From Candidatus Oxydemutatoraceae bacterium (GTDB lineage Bacteria; Pseudomonadota; Gammaproteobacteria; Poriferisulfidales; Oxydemutatoraceae), in assembly GCA_965218975.1 (NCBI GenBank), contig OZ244717.1, positions 1,440,001 to 1,504,000 of the forward strand: a stretch of 64,000 nucleotides of DNA, in the 5' to 3' direction. Numbering within the stretch: position 1 is the first letter of the stretch; each line of letters starts with the position of its first letter. The translations under genes and the position numbers were made by a program. The notes under the pieces were generated by a model. That model was not told the origin of the DNA. It saw only the letters and a program-made list of their open reading frames with translations, and did not search any database. Below, in pieces: positions 23,341 to 32,806 of this stretch.

Positions 23341-24819
23341 TTAATGGTTTACGTTGTGTAATAAAAACTCAACCAATAAAGGTACCGGGCGACCGGTTGC
23401 CCCTTTCATTTTACCGGTACGCCAAGCAACTCCGGCAATATCCAAATGTGCCCACGGATAGTCTTCAGTGAATCGTGATAGGAAACATGCTGCGGTAACA
23501 GCGCCACCCCAACGACCGCCGATGTTTGCCATGTCGGCAAAATTACTGTCGAGTTGCGATTGATAGTCATCCCATAGGGGTAATTGCCACGCGCGGTCGC
23601 CAGATCGCTCTCCGGCATGTAACAATTGTTTAATCAGCGTTTGGTCGTTCCCCATCAAGCCTGCGGGAATCCGGCCCAGCGCAACTACGCAAGCACCGGT
23701 CAATGTTGCGATGTCGATTATATATTTAGGCTTATAACGCTGCGCATAAGTGAGGGCATCGCATAACACTAAACGTCCTTCGGCATCGGTATTAAGGATT
23801 TCAACAGTTTGTCCGGACATAGTAGTAACGATATCACCAGGCTTGCTGGCATTGCCCCCAGGCATATTTTCGGCACAAGCAAGTATGCCAACGACATTCA
23901 ACGGCAGTCTCATCCGAACGCAAGCAGCGATAGTCCCAATGACGCTGGCCGCTCCGGACATATCAAATTTCATTTCATCCATCGTTGCACTGGGTTTGAT
24001 CGAAATGCCACCGGTATCAAAAGTGATACCTTTGCCCACTAATACAATGGATGCTTGCCGAACAGGAGTATTTTTGTATTCAATGCAAACGAGTTTGCCG
24101 GGATGGTGGCTGCCGCGACTAACAGATAAAAATGCGCCCATACCCAACCGCTTCAGTGTACTTTCTTCCAAAACTTTTATATTGATTTTAGTGGAATTGT
24201 GTGCCAGTTTGTAAGCTTGTTGAGCAAGATAAGCGGGAGTGCAAATATTCCCCGGCAAATTGCTCAGATCGCGTGCGATACTCATGCCGTGGTGGATTGC
24301 ATTTGCCTGATGCAATGCATCTTGCAAGGCACGACTATGGTTGGCGGTATGAAATTGCAACGTCTGTAAGGATTTCGGTTCGGGTTTTTTGCTGATTGTC
24401 GTAGTGTATTGATAACTCGCATTTTGAAGCGCTAATGCAACGCAGCGAAAAATCCACGTTTTATCAACGCCTTTGACAGCTATTTCATCCAGACAAACCA
24501 AGGCAGTTTTTGAGCGGGTATGCAGCATTTTTTCGGCGCAAGTTTGAGCAAAGCGCATAAACCGGACCATATTCATTTCTGACGTTCTACCCATCCCGGC
24601 TAGGATAATTCGCCGATAGTGAGAGCCGGTCGTATATATAGTTAAACTTTTGTTATATTTGCTGGAATACTTTTCTTGTCGTACAATTCTTTCAAGCAAG
24701 CCTTGGGTGTGTTCATTGATCGCTTTGTACGCTTTTAACCGTCGACCTTGAACCATCGGCAGCAATAAAGTTTCCGCTCGGATACGCGTTAGATTTTTTG
24801 TGGTGATTTCAATTTTCAT
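23341..24819 (-). CDS. pepA: leucyl aminopeptidase
   Basis: GKGITFDTGG, MKFDMSG, NTDAEGRL; start moved to ATG 24819. Confidence 0.97.
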   Translation of the reverse strand: MKIEITTKNLTRIRAETLLLPMVQGRRLKAYKAINEHTQGLLERIVRQEKYSSKYNKSLTIYTTGSHYRRIILAGMGRTSEMNMVRFMRFAQTCAEKMLHTRSKTALVCLDEIAVKGVDKTWIFRCVALALQNASYQYTTTISKKPEPKSLQTLQFHTANHSRALQDALHQANAIHHGMSIARDLSNLPGNICTPAYLAQQAYKLAHNSTKINIKVLEESTLKRLGMGAFLSVSRGSHHPGKLVCIEYKNTPVRQASIVLVGKGITFDTGGISIKPSATMDEMKFDMSGAASVIGTIAACVRMRLPLNVVGILACAENMPGGNASKPGDIVTTMSGQTVEILNTDAEGRLVLCDALTYAQRYKPKYIIDIATLTGACVVALGRIPAGLMGNDQTLIKQLLHAGERSGDRAWQLPLWDDYQSQLDSNFADMANIGGRWGGAVTAACFLSRFTEDYPWAHLDIAGVAWRTGKMKGATGRPVPLLVEFLLHNVNH

Positions 24820-25070
24820 TGCTAGCCTGCCATTAAATTTAAGAAGTTTAAAAAAATGAAAGCATAACATAGTGTTATAGTAAATTTCCGGTTTTCTTGG
24901 TGCGCTATTGCAAGTTGATGCGAAGGATGGATTGGGAATTTAGTGATGATATTATTGTGGCGAATTATGCCGAGTTTAAATTCCGCTCATCCGCTGTTTT
25001 ACGTAATATGAATACCAAAGTTTTTCAAAATAAGAGAGCGCTCCGAGATGAGTAAAGGTATCAGAGGTTA

Positions 25071-26180
25071 TTGTTGAATATGCAAACATTTAGCCGTTAT
25101 TTGTTTAAGGAGCTATTGAAAAACTTCTCGGCAGTTTTTTTTATCCTACAGGCTATTATTACGAGTCATGTCTTGACCCAACTGTTTGAAGACTCGATTC
25201 AAGGCAAGTATTCGTACAATGCCGTATTTTGGATATTTATCTATATTAGTTTGGATACCGTAATTGTAACATTGCCATTTTCCGTGATGCTTGCTGTATT
25301 ACTGACATTCGGACGTTACCATCGCGATAACGAATTATGTGCCGCTTTTTCGGTCGGAGTGGGATATTGCGAAATTGTTAAAGTTATGGCAGTTTTTACA
25401 TTACCGCTGGCAGCTTTGCTTTTTATGTTTATGATGGAAGTATCGCCCGCGCTCAAAGTCAGACATGAACAAATTAAAATATCGTTGCAGGAAGGAATGG
25501 ATATCGGCGCTGTTACCGCTGGAAAATTCATTAGCGCCGGTGAAGGCTTTGTTATATTTGTCGAAGATTATGATCGCAGAGAAAGTGAGTTAAAAAATAT
25601 TTTCATCGCTAAACAAGACAAGTCTATTGTGGAAATCGCAAAATCCGGTAGACAAATAATTCATGAGGATGGCAACAAACGGTTTCATTTATATCAAGGG
25701 CATCGCTATCAGGGAATTCCGGGTAAAACTTCGTTTCACTTTACGGAGTTTGACGAACATTGGATTGAGCTTCCCCAAGTAAATTTACCTTTTAAATATA
25801 AAGATGTAAAAGCTTATTCGTTGAAGGATTTGGATATGGCGCAATTGTCCGCCAGAGCTGAACTGCACAGACGCTTATCGATACCGGCTATTTTAATATT
25901 ATTGTCATTTTTTGCTTTTGCTATCAGTAAACCTTCGCGGCAAAGAAATATGCGTAATGACCGGTATACCCGCCTGGCCATTGGAATTTTGTTTTTTCTA
26001 ATTTATACCAACGGTAGCATTTTGCTCGTCAATTTAGGATCGAATCACGCAGGATTCTTATATTTAATGTGGGCAGCCCACGGCATGTTAGCCGTGTACG
26101 TATTCCTGGCATTATCCGGTTGGTCGAGGCAAAAAGTTCTAAGATTTATTTTAACGAAACAGGCCGATGCGTACTCTTGA
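25071..26180 (+). CDS. lptF: LPS export permease LptF
   Basis: RYLFKE, FGRYHRDNEL, AELHRRLS; divergent from pepA and paired with lptG. Confidence 0.9.
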   Translation: MLNMQTFSRYLFKELLKNFSAVFFILQAIITSHVLTQLFEDSIQGKYSYNAVFWIFIYISLDTVIVTLPFSVMLAVLLTFGRYHRDNELCAAFSVGVGYCEIVKVMAVFTLPLAALLFMFMMEVSPALKVRHEQIKISLQEGMDIGAVTAGKFISAGEGFVIFVEDYDRRESELKNIFIAKQDKSIVEIAKSGRQIIHEDGNKRFHLYQGHRYQGIPGKTSFHFTEFDEHWIELPQVNLPFKYKDVKAYSLKDLDMAQLSARAELHRRLSIPAILILLSFFAFAISKPSRQRNMRNDRYTRLAIGILFFLIYTNGSILLVNLGSNHAGFLYLMWAAHGMLAVYVFLALSGWSRQKVLRFILTKQADAYS

Positions 26181-27240
26181 CCGTTATCTATCGATTCAAG
26201 TTATTAAAGCTTGTCTTCTAGTATTGGTTGCTTTAGTAGGAATTTCAGCGCTGTTGGATTTCATTCACCAGCTAAGTAAAATCGATAATGTTTCGGGATT
26301 AAGCACTGCAATTTATTTCACCCTGTTGGAATTGCCGGGAAACGTTTACGAATTAATGCCGATTTCGGTGCTGGCAGGTAGTTTGATGAGCTTTAGTACA
26401 TTGATTACGCAGGCTGAGTTGGTTGCCGCCGGAGCACTGGGTTACTCACGCAAAGGCACCATATTATTGACACTTAAAGTCGCCGGCATTTTTATTGTGG
26501 CTATGGTCATTTGCGGAAATTTCTTAATCCCAATAGCGGAAAAAAGCATTCGGCATCTGAAAGAAGGTGAAGGTTTCGATTTTCAACCGGTTAATTCAAA
26601 TTTGTGGATACGCGACGGACGCAATTTTATTCATGTGGAATATGCGCTAGGGGAACGTTATTACAACGTATCCTTATTTGAGTATGACACAAAGCATGAA
26701 AGATTATCGGCAATAACGCAGGCCAATTCGATGATGGTAGATGAAACCCAGTTTGTTTTGTCAAATCCTGAAGTTGCACAAATCAATAGTAAGCAAATAA
26801 ATCTATTGCCATTAGAGTCTAAAATCATTCAACGTAAAGTCAAAACCGAAGGTGTGGTTCTTCAAGTGATTACCCCGGAGATATTAAATGCGTGGGATTT
26901 ATATCGCCATACCGCCTTTTTAAAAGAGAATCAGCTTTATTCGGACTTTCACGAATTGGAGCTATGGAAACGTTTTAGCGACCCGCTTTCTATTCTTGTC
27001 ATGTTACTGCTTGCACTACCGCTTATTTTTACTGAAAAACGTGATGCTAGCGTCGGGTTAAATCTATTGCTTGGTTTGGTCATCGGATTATCTTATGTAA
27101 TCTTGGACCGTTTGATTAATGGGATGTTACTCTTTTTTGAAGTGAACGCTTTTTGGGGAGCTTTCACACTGTTATTTTTATCCGCGCTTATCGGTAGTAT
27201 TCGCCTGCGCGAACATTCGGCACTCAATCTTTTTCGTTAA
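26167..27240 (+). CDS. lptG: LPS export permease LptG
   Basis: MRTLDRYL, LWIRDG, six-TM layout. Confidence 0.9.
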   Translation: MRTLDRYLSIQVIKACLLVLVALVGISALLDFIHQLSKIDNVSGLSTAIYFTLLELPGNVYELMPISVLAGSLMSFSTLITQAELVAAGALGYSRKGTILLTLKVAGIFIVAMVICGNFLIPIAEKSIRHLKEGEGFDFQPVNSNLWIRDGRNFIHVEYALGERYYNVSLFEYDTKHERLSAITQANSMMVDETQFVLSNPEVAQINSKQINLLPLESKIIQRKVKTEGVVLQVITPEILNAWDLYRHTAFLKENQLYSDFHELELWKRFSDPLSILVMLLLALPLIFTEKRDASVGLNLLLGLVIGLSYVILDRLINGMLLFFEVNAFWGAFTLLFLSALIGSIRLREHSALNLFR

Positions 27241-27664
27241 GAACCAACCGTGTGTCGGATAGCCGGTCGTGCCAAGCTAGTTTTTCCGGATCTATTAAAA
27301 CCCAGAGAAATCCAAGCCCGGCAAATAACCACGATAATATTGCACTGCCACTACGGCTGATTGACGTTAACCATGATATGTTCGTCTGCCGAATGCTAAT
27401 CAAACGGAATTTCCAGGCTTTCATCCCGACGGTTTGTCCGCCGTGCATCCAGCACCATGCGAAATACAGAAAAATTGCAAGAAACATAAAGGCGACATAA
27501 TATGGGTAACTACGACTCCCAAAGTTAATGCCGATAGCGGTGGAGAAAGCGGTAACAATCATTAAGCAAGCAAAAATAATCAAGCTGTCATAAAAGATTG
27601 CGGCGAGCCTTTGACCTAAGCCGACGGTCGTTCCCATTTCGACGGAATGATGCATTTGTGTCAT
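27224..27664 (-). CDS. RDD family membrane protein
   Basis: RLAAIFYD, GQTVGMKAW, WHDRLSDT. Confidence 0.9.
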   Translation of the reverse strand: MTQMHHSVEMGTTVGLGQRLAAIFYDSLIIFACLMIVTAFSTAIGINFGSRSYPYYVAFMFLAIFLYFAWCWMHGGQTVGMKAWKFRLISIRQTNISWLTSISRSGSAILSWLFAGLGFLWVLIDPEKLAWHDRLSDTRLVLNEKD

Positions 27665-27703
27665 AATTGGGCTTTGATAGCATGTACCGGATAGTGTAGC
27701 ACA

Positions 27704-28594
27704 GTGAATTTATCAACCGATATTAAATTGTTCATCAATGCCTTGCTCTCGCAAGATGGGCTAAGTCGCAACACTGTGGCAGCGTATCGTCGAGACGTAC
27801 AAGAATTCTCGAAATATTTGCCAAAACATCTTACCTTAAAAGATGCGGACAAATCAGATATTCAGGCTTATCTTAAACACCGGCTTAAACGAGGGTATAG
27901 CATGCGATCCAACAGTCGGTTATTATCTTCTCTGAAACGATATTATCTTTTTTTGATCATGCAAAAGCGTTGCAGCGAAAATCCATGCAGCAACCTTTCT
28001 TTCCCTAAGCTAGGCAAACACTTACCTACGATATTAACTGAGAGGGAGATTAAGAATTTGCTTGTTGCACCGGAGCAAGACAAGCCAACGGGCCTACGTG
28101 ATAAAGCAATCCTCGAACTACTATACGCGTGTGGTTTACGCATATCGGAGTTAACGTCACTAGAATCGTCGCAAGTATTTCTAAATGACGGCTATGTACG
28201 GGTACGCGGTAAGGGTGGTAAGGAACGATTGGTACCGATCGGAGAGGAAGCGACAGGGTGTTTGTTACGTTATCTAAAGGAAAGCAGACCGATCTTGCTA
28301 GGTAACAGAAACAACAGCAAAGCGTTGTTTTTAAGCAATCGCGGCAACCCCGTTAGCCGACAAAGCTGTTGGTATATGATTCAAAACCTTGCTCGTAAAG
28401 CAGGAATCGTGAAGCATTTGACTCCTCACACCCTGCGTCACGCTTTTGCGACACATCTATTAGACCATGGCGCCGATTTGCGAGTCGTACAACTGTTATT
28501 AGGGCATAATAGTCTTTCGACAACGCAGATCTATACTCATATTGCGCGGCATCGTTTGCAGAATCTGCATCAGACACACCACCCGCGAGGGTAG
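27704..28594 (+). CDS. xerD: tyrosine recombinase XerD
   Basis: LSRNTVAAYRRD, GLRISEL, HTLRHAFATHLL, GADLRVVQLLLGH..LSTTQIYTH, HHPRG; xerD-dsbC order. Confidence 0.96.
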   Translation: MNLSTDIKLFINALLSQDGLSRNTVAAYRRDVQEFSKYLPKHLTLKDADKSDIQAYLKHRLKRGYSMRSNSRLLSSLKRYYLFLIMQKRCSENPCSNLSFPKLGKHLPTILTEREIKNLLVAPEQDKPTGLRDKAILELLYACGLRISELTSLESSQVFLNDGYVRVRGKGGKERLVPIGEEATGCLLRYLKESRPILLGNRNNSKALFLSNRGNPVSRQSCWYMIQNLARKAGIVKHLTPHTLRHAFATHLLDHGADLRVVQLLLGHNSLSTTQIYTHIARHRLQNLHQTHHPRG

Positions 28595-28605
28595 AGAATG
28601 CAATA

Positions 28606-29361
28606 ATGTTAAAAGCACTTAGAATATTTTCTCAGTTTTTTGTGTTTATTTTGCTGATTATTTTTGTTACGGCGGGCTTGTGCTATGCTCAAACCGCTCC
28701 GCCAAAAATTCAGGCGTTGGTTGACCGGCTATTTCCGAAAAATACTCCCAACGAAGCGGATGAAATTCGTGAAAGCTCCATCCCAGGAATTTATGAAATT
28801 AGATTAAGGAACCAAGTTTTTTTTATTGATAAAAAAGGGGAATTTCTACTCAATGGTGAATTGATTGATTTGCAAACAATGCAAAACCTGACTCAAGCCA
28901 GTTTGATGCGGTTTCATAAGGAGATGCTTGAAAAAGTTGCGCCGAATAGCTGGGTTCAATTTGAGCCGAAAAACGTAAAGTATGTTTTGTATGTTTTTAC
29001 TGACGTCGATTGTCATTTTTGTCGTAAATTTCATGGGCATATCGACGAACTATTGGACTTAGGGGTTGAAGTACGTTACTTATTTGCTCCGTTTCGCGGT
29101 CCGGATGCTTATGCGCGCGCAGTCGGAGTTTGGTGTTCCGCAAACCCTCAGGCGGCGATGACCATCGCTAAAAAAGGCAAAGACATTCCATTACGCCAAT
29201 GTGACAATCCGATTGAAAAACATTTGGAAATTGTTCGCGAGATGGGTATTCGCGGCACACCTCATATCATTTTGACTAACGGGCAAGTAATCAAAGGTTA
29301 TGTTGAACCTGAAAAATTGCTTAAGCGTATTGAAATTGCCGGCGTCAAACCACGTAGTTAA
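28606..29361 (+). CDS. dsbC: thiol:disulfide isomerase DsbC
   Basis: Signal peptide, FTDVDCHFC (CxxC), GTP cis-Pro loop. Confidence 0.92.
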   Translation: MLKALRIFSQFFVFILLIIFVTAGLCYAQTAPPKIQALVDRLFPKNTPNEADEIRESSIPGIYEIRLRNQVFFIDKKGEFLLNGELIDLQTMQNLTQASLMRFHKEMLEKVAPNSWVQFEPKNVKYVLYVFTDVDCHFCRKFHGHIDELLDLGVEVRYLFAPFRGPDAYARAVGVWCSANPQAAMTIAKKGKDIPLRQCDNPIEKHLEIVREMGIRGTPHIILTNGQVIKGYVEPEKLLKRIEIAGVKPRS

Positions 29362-32300
29362 CTGTCCGCTCTACAGTTAAAATCATAGTCAAGCAAAGTG
29401 CCGCAGCTTACAAATAGTAATGAGGCTCGTATTCGGCGTTGCGGATAAAGATTTGCGACGCCGTGGGCGTAAGCAGACATTTGACGGTGGTATTGCTTAC
29501 GGAGCATATTCAAACGCTTGCGGGCATTGACTTGTGTCTTATAATCCACGACCCATGCCGCGTCTCGTCCTATACACAGACGATCAATGATTCCGTAATA
29601 CTGATCACCATCTTGCATAAAGCTGATACGTATTTCATTGAAAGCGTGTTGATATATTGTGTCATCAAATAAGCTACGCAAGGATTCCCGCTTCAGTAAG
29701 GCATTCGCTTGTTCTAGCCATTCATCAATCGACCGAATTTCAACATGGCTGAATTCCCGACGAAGGTAGCGGCAGACTTCTTCCTTGGAAATCTTGTTAT
29801 TAAGTAAATGTAAAGCGCGATGAATTATGTTTCCGCGCACTTGCGTATGCAAAAGTTTGCTAACAACCGGCGCCGGCAATTTCTGATGAAGACGACTTGG
29901 CGATACCTCCACCGTTAATTTCGGTATTTGTGATTTTTGCCCATCAACAATATACGTTTTTTTTATGCAAGTATCATCACTTGCTTTGATATTTGCTGTA
30001 ATAAGGGGCAATTTATCGGTGGAGCTTGCGGGCGGTATTGAGGTTAAAGTTTCTACTTGGCCAACGGATTTCAAGCGTTGGTACCAGCTATCTCGGCCTA
30101 TTTTTCCATGCCCTGAAATGTACAAATACTGTCGCGCGCGTGTCAAAGCTACATAGATAATATTGGTTTCTTCTTTATCTTCACGTGCTTTTAATTTTTT
30201 ATAGTGTCCGGAAGTGGATGAGTCAATTTCTTTGACCGGCGGCAATAATAAAAAAGCGGATGGTTTGGCCTGATCAGCATCCCAAATAACTATATTTTTG
30301 TATGTTTTCCCTCTTGATTTTCCTACCGCAGCGGTATCTACCAAAAATACGGCAGCGGCTTCTAATCCTTTCGCTTGATGGATTGTCATCAGGCGAACGC
30401 CGTCGGTTTGGCCGGCCGATAAGTTAATTAAAGAATTGTTATTAACCGCATGTTGATATTTCATATAGCGGTTGAGATATTCTAATAACTGATCGACAGC
30501 GGGATAACGTCCGCCTTCAAAATTTAATGAATAGTTTAAAAAACTCAGTAACCTTTGAGTGCTTAAATCACGTTCGTTTTCGGAAACGGAAAGGCGGTAA
30601 CGGTAAATTAAATCACTTTGCACGTAAATACGGTCCAATAAATCATGTAGCGGTAACTTATCAGTGAGATTAAGCCATTCGTTGAGTTGCGCAATGATAG
30701 GCTCCCAACCGGGGGCATTTTCCGCTGCAATTTTCAGTCGCAGAAACCATGAATCGGCTTGGTCAATGTTTGCTAAAAAAATCAGCTGTTCATCGCTAAT
30801 TGAAAACATAGGCGAACGTAATATTTGGACTAAAGCAACGTCTTCATAAGGGTTTCGTAAGAAACGTAATAATGCAATCAAATCTTGAATTTCGGATTCA
30901 TATAAATCATTCGAGTTGTTACTGACATGAGGGATTTTCAGTTGTGCCAAAGCGGCTTCAAAGCGACATAAATTTTTTCGTCGGCGCGCGAGAATAAGGA
31001 TATCACTGTAGGTCAGAAGCCGACTGTTTTCCGCTGTATGTATTTCAGTGCGTTGTTCGAGCAAATACCGGATTTGATAGGCAACGGCATTTGCTTCGTC
31101 AATGACAGGTTCGTCAATAGATATGGCGGGCGGGTCACGCAATACGTCGCGCCATTGCATCGTTTGTTTTTTAGCGTCTTTATTGAAAAAAGGAAAAATG
31201 GCAACTCTCCCGGCAGCTTGAACAATTGTTTGATGGTTTTTAAAGTCAGGTAATAATTTTTGCGATTTTTCATCTTGAGTAAATACAGCATTGATATAAT
31301 GAGTAATCTCCGGTGATGAACGACGCGACAGGTCCAGACGATATTCTTTACCCGCAAGGTGCTGTTTAAACCAACGAGTGACTTCTTTTTGCAGTTCCGG
31401 ATTAGCGCGGCGAAAACCATAGATTGATTGTTTGGCATCGCCGACAATAAACGCACTACCATAACGCTCTTGCGCTACTATTTCTTTTAACAACGGTTCG
31501 ACCAACAACCATTGATTCGGATTGGTATCTTGAAATTCATCAATCAAGATATGACGAATTTTGCGATTCAGTCTATAACTCATCCATTCCGTTTCAGGAG
31601 TATTAAGTAATTTACTTGCATAATGTTCCAGATCTGAGAAATCAAGCATTTGTCTGCTATCTTTTAGATTTTGGTAGATAGTAATTAACTTCTGGCCCAA
31701 CAGATACCACAATTGATTGCGTTTCCAATTTTTCCGTTTAAGTAATGTATCATGTAATCGTTCCATTTCTTCTATGATGACGGTGCGGTTGTAATAAAAT
31801 TTATCCACGGTTATTTTTAATTTTTGCAATGTTTGTTGTAGGCGATCGTTTGGATCGGAATCGCGCTGTGTCTCATCTGTACGATAAAAAACTGTTTGAA
31901 GCTTTTCTAAAATTTGATTATCAAGTGCCTTCTGAGGAACCCTAATGATTGCTTGAATAGTTTCTGCATGTTTTAAGTCGGATATATTTCCTCGAGCTTG
32001 CAATACTTCGCGATGCTCGGCAAGTGCGGCGATTGACTTTGGAGTGAAAATTAATGCATGATCGCTTACCTTCATTTCTTCGCGTAACTGCTTGGCAATT
32101 TGCATAGGAGAAATAGTATTTTCTTCCGTTAGTGCAAGCCAATCATTGCGGTGATCTAAAAAATCAAGTAATGCTCCTTTCGCATTGACAAATTTACCAC
32201 CGCATAATTCGGTGAATTCATTCATCATCCGGAGTTGTTTGCGATCTTTAACAATTTCACGACATAGCGTGTCGTATGCGATATGCTTCAATTCCCAATC

Positions 32301-32741
32301 ATCTTCAAGGATGGTAAAGTCCGGTGAAATATTTGCTTCAAAGGGGAATTGTCTTAGTAAATCGGCGCAAAAAGCGTGAAATGTCATCAGTTGGATATTG
32401 TCAGCCGCATTTAAGAGTTTTTTGTATAAACTGCGTGCGACCGATAGATTTTCCCAAGGATTTGAAACGTTAATTTCAGTCAATTGTGCAATCAATTCAT
32501 CGTCGCCAAGCTGCGCCCACAAACATGTTTTGGCATATAATCTTTGATACATTTCAGCTGCAGCCTTTTCAGTAAATGTCACCGCTAAAATCGTTTCGGG
32601 TCCAATTTTATGCAAAAGCAAACGAAGAATACGCGCAATTAATAGCCAAGTTTTACCCGTTCCCGCCGATGCGGAAACAACTGCATTATTGTCTGGAGAA
32701 ATGGCCTCAAGATATTGATTTTTTCCGCTCATACTCTCCAT
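29358..32741 (-). CDS. addA: UvrD-helicase plus PD-(D/E)xK nuclease, AddA-like
   Basis: ASAGTGKT, DEFQD, GDAKQSIY.FRRA, TIHQAKGLE, YVALTRA, C-terminal GIIDRL..VVDYKT. Confidence 0.8.
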   Translation of the reverse strand: MESMSGKNQYLEAISPDNNAVVSASAGTGKTWLLIARILRLLLHKIGPETILAVTFTEKAAAEMYQRLYAKTCLWAQLGDDELIAQLTEINVSNPWENLSVARSLYKKLLNAADNIQLMTFHAFCADLLRQFPFEANISPDFTILEDDWELKHIAYDTLCREIVKDRKQLRMMNEFTELCGGKFVNAKGALLDFLDHRNDWLALTEENTISPMQIAKQLREEMKVSDHALIFTPKSIAALAEHREVLQARGNISDLKHAETIQAIIRVPQKALDNQILEKLQTVFYRTDETQRDSDPNDRLQQTLQKLKITVDKFYYNRTVIIEEMERLHDTLLKRKNWKRNQLWYLLGQKLITIYQNLKDSRQMLDFSDLEHYASKLLNTPETEWMSYRLNRKIRHILIDEFQDTNPNQWLLVEPLLKEIVAQERYGSAFIVGDAKQSIYGFRRANPELQKEVTRWFKQHLAGKEYRLDLSRRSSPEITHYINAVFTQDEKSQKLLPDFKNHQTIVQAAGRVAIFPFFNKDAKKQTMQWRDVLRDPPAISIDEPVIDEANAVAYQIRYLLEQRTEIHTAENSRLLTYSDILILARRRKNLCRFEAALAQLKIPHVSNNSNDLYESEIQDLIALLRFLRNPYEDVALVQILRSPMFSISDEQLIFLANIDQADSWFLRLKIAAENAPGWEPIIAQLNEWLNLTDKLPLHDLLDRIYVQSDLIYRYRLSVSENERDLSTQRLLSFLNYSLNFEGGRYPAVDQLLEYLNRYMKYQHAVNNNSLINLSAGQTDGVRLMTIHQAKGLEAAAVFLVDTAAVGKSRGKTYKNIVIWDADQAKPSAFLLLPPVKEIDSSTSGHYKKLKAREDKEETNIIYVALTRARQYLYISGHGKIGRDSWYQRLKSVGQVETLTSIPPASSTDKLPLITANIKASDDTCIKKTYIVDGQKSQIPKLTVEVSPSRLHQKLPAPVVSKLLHTQVRGNIIHRALHLLNNKISKEEVCRYLRREFSHVEIRSIDEWLEQANALLKRESLRSLFDDTIYQHAFNEIRISFMQDGDQYYGIIDRLCIGRDAAWVVDYKTQVNARKRLNMLRKQYHRQMSAYAHGVANLYPQRRIRASLLFVSCGTLLDYDFNCRADS

Positions 32742-32806
32742 TTTGTTTCAGTTTGTGAGATAATGTAGTTTATTTTATTCCATAGTAGCAGCTAAGCTTA
32801 GATCAG

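Noticed and set aside
27704-28594. Tyrosine recombinase as a phage or island integrase
   Set aside because: It has XerD-specific motifs and the standard xerD-dsbC context, with no att sites or cargo.
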